Part shown: positions 62,019-64,000 of the stretch, piece after piece
How the letters are laid out: each line of letters starts with the position of its first letter
Numbering within the stretch: position 1 is the first letter of the stretch
From: Candidatus Bathyarchaeota archaeon
Lineage (GTDB): Archaea; Thermoproteota; Bathyarchaeia; Bathyarchaeales; Bathycorpusculaceae
NCBI GenBank assembly: GCA_963720565.1
Contig: CAVRFW010000005.1
Coordinates: 128,001-192,000 of the forward strand
Reading direction: 5' to 3'
DNA length: 64,000 nt
Made by a program: the position numbers and the translations under genes
The notes under the pieces: model-generated
What the model was told of the DNA's origin: nothing
Database searches by the model: none
What the model saw: the letters and a program-made list of their open reading frames with translations, nothing else

Positions 62019-63251
62019 ATGGAAAACAAAAAAATTGTGGTCAAGTTCGGGGGTTCATCTCTAGCCGATCATGAACGCTTACTGAAAGCTGTAACTGCGG
62101 TGGTTAATGAATCGCAGAAAGGTACGCAGATCGCTGTTGTCGTGTCGGCTATGGGCAAGACAACCGACACCCTGCTCAGCACTGCAAGAAACACAAGCAA
62201 TGGGAAACTCCAAAAACAAGAACTGGACGATATTCTGAGTATGGGTGAACGGACAAGCGTTCGCATTTTCGCCGCTGCATTGCGAAATAACGGCGCGGAC
62301 AGCTGCTACTTTGATCCAATGGATGAAAATTGGCCAATAATAACTGACGCAGCATTCTCCAACGCTAACCCGTTGTTAATGGAATGTAAGCGTAGAATTC
62401 GGGAAAACGTTTTGCCAGTCGTTGAGAAAGGCATTATTCCTGTGATAGCTGGTTTCGTCGGCAAGACTCAGGAAGGAAAGATTACCACGCTTGGCAGAGG
62501 TGGAAGCGACACAACTGCATTCATTATAGCAGAAGCACTTCACGCCGACGAAGTTGTCCTGGTGACAGATGCTGACGGAATAATGTCTGGTGACCCAAAA
62601 ATCATCACAGGGGCGAAACGTCTTGAGGCGATAGATGTGAGCACTCTTGTGGGTCTGGCTGATTCTGGGGCAAAGTTCGTCCACATTAAAGCCCTCAAAC
62701 ACAAACCTCCAGCCATAAATGTACGGGTAATCAACAGTCAACATGGGAACCTGTCGGAGCAAGGCACAATAATAACAGGCGGATTGTCCACTGAACTTGA
62801 CGTAAGCATGGCTTATTCCTCGCAAGTGGCCGAGATAACAGTTGTCGGCAACAACATTTCCGAAAACCCCCAGATTGTTCAGGAAATGATGGAGAAAACC
62901 AAGAAGCACAACGCGTTGTTAGGCCTGTCCATGAACCAGAACAGCATTATACTCTACCTCGCGGAAGTAGAAGCCACAAACCAACTCGTCAACGACATTC
63001 ATCAAACAGTACTTAAAAACAAGGAGAATATAGCAATGGCAGTTAAGAAGAACCTCGCCTACTTCCGAATCAGCGGAGTCGGATTAGAAGAAACACATGG
63101 CATAATAGGAAAAATTAGCGAAACCTTACGCCTCAACAACATAAACATTTCCGGAATACTCACAATTACATCCAGCATACTCATATTCGTAGATTGGAGC
63201 GAAAAAGAGAAAGTGCTTAACCTCATCAGAAACGCGCTCAAAACCCACTAA
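62019..63251 (+). CDS. lysC: Aspartate kinase with ACT domains
   Basis: VVKFGGSS, VVSAMG, TTLGRGGSDTTA. Confidence 0.92.
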   Translation: MENKKIVVKFGGSSLADHERLLKAVTAVVNESQKGTQIAVVVSAMGKTTDTLLSTARNTSNGKLQKQELDDILSMGERTSVRIFAAALRNNGADSCYFDPMDENWPIITDAAFSNANPLLMECKRRIRENVLPVVEKGIIPVIAGFVGKTQEGKITTLGRGGSDTTAFIIAEALHADEVVLVTDADGIMSGDPKIITGAKRLEAIDVSTLVGLADSGAKFVHIKALKHKPPAINVRVINSQHGNLSEQGTIITGGLSTELDVSMAYSSQVAEITVVGNNISENPQIVQEMMEKTKKHNALLGLSMNQNSIILYLAEVEATNQLVNDIHQTVLKNKENIAMAVKKNLAYFRISGVGLEETHGIIGKISETLRLNNINISGILTITSSILIFVDWSEKEKVLNLIRNALKTH

Positions 63252-63268
63252 CAACGGAGATGAAAAGA

Positions 63269-64000
63269 ATGAACCAAGGAAAAACAAGAAGAATGAAACG
63301 CATAATGAACGAGGATCACTGCACGGTCATCGTTCCAATGGACCACGGGGTCACAATAGGACCCGTAAAAGGCATCGAAAACATGCAAACCATAGTCCAA
63401 CAACTTGTCAACGGCGGAGCCGACGCCATACTAGTCCACAAAGGCATCGCCAAACACGTCGACACAAAAGACTCAGGATTAATAGTTCAACTCTCTGCCT
63501 CCTCAAACTTGAGTTCAAATCCCAACACCAAAGTTCAAGTCTGCACCGTCAGAGAAGCCATCCGCCTGGGCGCAGATGCTGTGTCAGTACACATCAATGT
63601 TGGGGCGCAAGACGAAGACAAAATGCTTCAAACACTGGGTAAAGTTGCTAACGAATGTGACATCTACGGTATTCCACTCTTGGCAATGATGTATCCAAGA
63701 GGGCCGAAAATACAAGACGAACATGCCGTTGACGTGGTGGCGCATGCCGCTAGAATAGGTGCAGAACTTGGTGCAGACATTATCAAAGCAAACTACACAG
63801 GAAACATGGAAACATTCAGAAAGGTTGTCGAAAGCTGCCCAGTTCCAGTGGTTATTGCAGGCGGCCCCAAATCCAAGACAGCAAAAGAAATCCTGCAAAC
63901 GGCACACGAATCGCACAAGGCTGGAAGTGCTGGACTCTCGATTGGACGAAACGTGTTCCAACATGAAAACCCAACCCTGATGGTTAAAGCCCTCTGCGCT
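63269..64000 (+). CDS. 2-amino-3,7-dideoxy-D-threo-hept-6-ulosonate (ADH) synthase / DhnA-type class I aldolase (truncated by window end)
   Basis: Hand-translated [11 protein letters not shown]...[11 protein letters not shown]...HKG...AMMYPRG...AELGADIIK...IAGGPK...GRNVFQH; 17 bp after lysC. Confidence 0.85.
   Translation, partial: MNQGKTRRMKRIMNEDHCTVIVPMDHGVTIGPVKGIENMQTIVQQLVNGGADAILVHKGIAKHVDTKDSGLIVQLSASSNLSSNPNTKVQVCTVREAIRLGADAVSVHINVGAQDEDKMLQTLGKVANECDIYGIPLLAMMYPRGPKIQDEHAVDVVAHAARIGAELGADIIKANYTGNMETFRKVVESCPVPVVIAGGPKSKTAKEILQTAHESHKAGSAGLSIGRNVFQHENPTLMVKALCA

Overview
Core chromosomal region of an archaeon, most likely Bathyarchaeia. This is inferred from PolD plus a histone, Elf1, both GINS15 and GINS23, a GGGP synthase and the style of the accessory genes. 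The window holds a probable replication origin (inverted ORB boxes around an AT-rich tract beside cdc6 and PolD DP1). It also carries much of the replication and information machinery: PolD DP2, PCNA, PriL, PriS, GINS, MCM, TFS, Rpo11, Csl4, ribosomal proteins and Nop10. There are three tRNAs (Ser-CGA with intron, Leu-TAG, Thr-GGT), several metabolic genes and the start of an aspartokinase / ADH-synthase aromatic amino acid operon. Most notable: (1) an unannotated 27-codon leader ORF ending YYFYYYFC, followed by a hairpin, directly upstream of the aromatic operon, which looks like a Tyr/Phe-sensing attenuator in an archaeon; (2) an origin-adjacent module of three HTH proteins, one membrane-anchored with a long coiled coil, interleaved with arrays of TGTGA/TCACA repeats, a candidate origin-tethering or segregation system; (3) aIF2-alpha collapsed to 35 codons; (4) a ~5 kb island bounded by tRNA-Leu and a degenerate copy of its 3' end. 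Many single-base frameshifts suggest consensus errors, so pseudogene calls are provisional.
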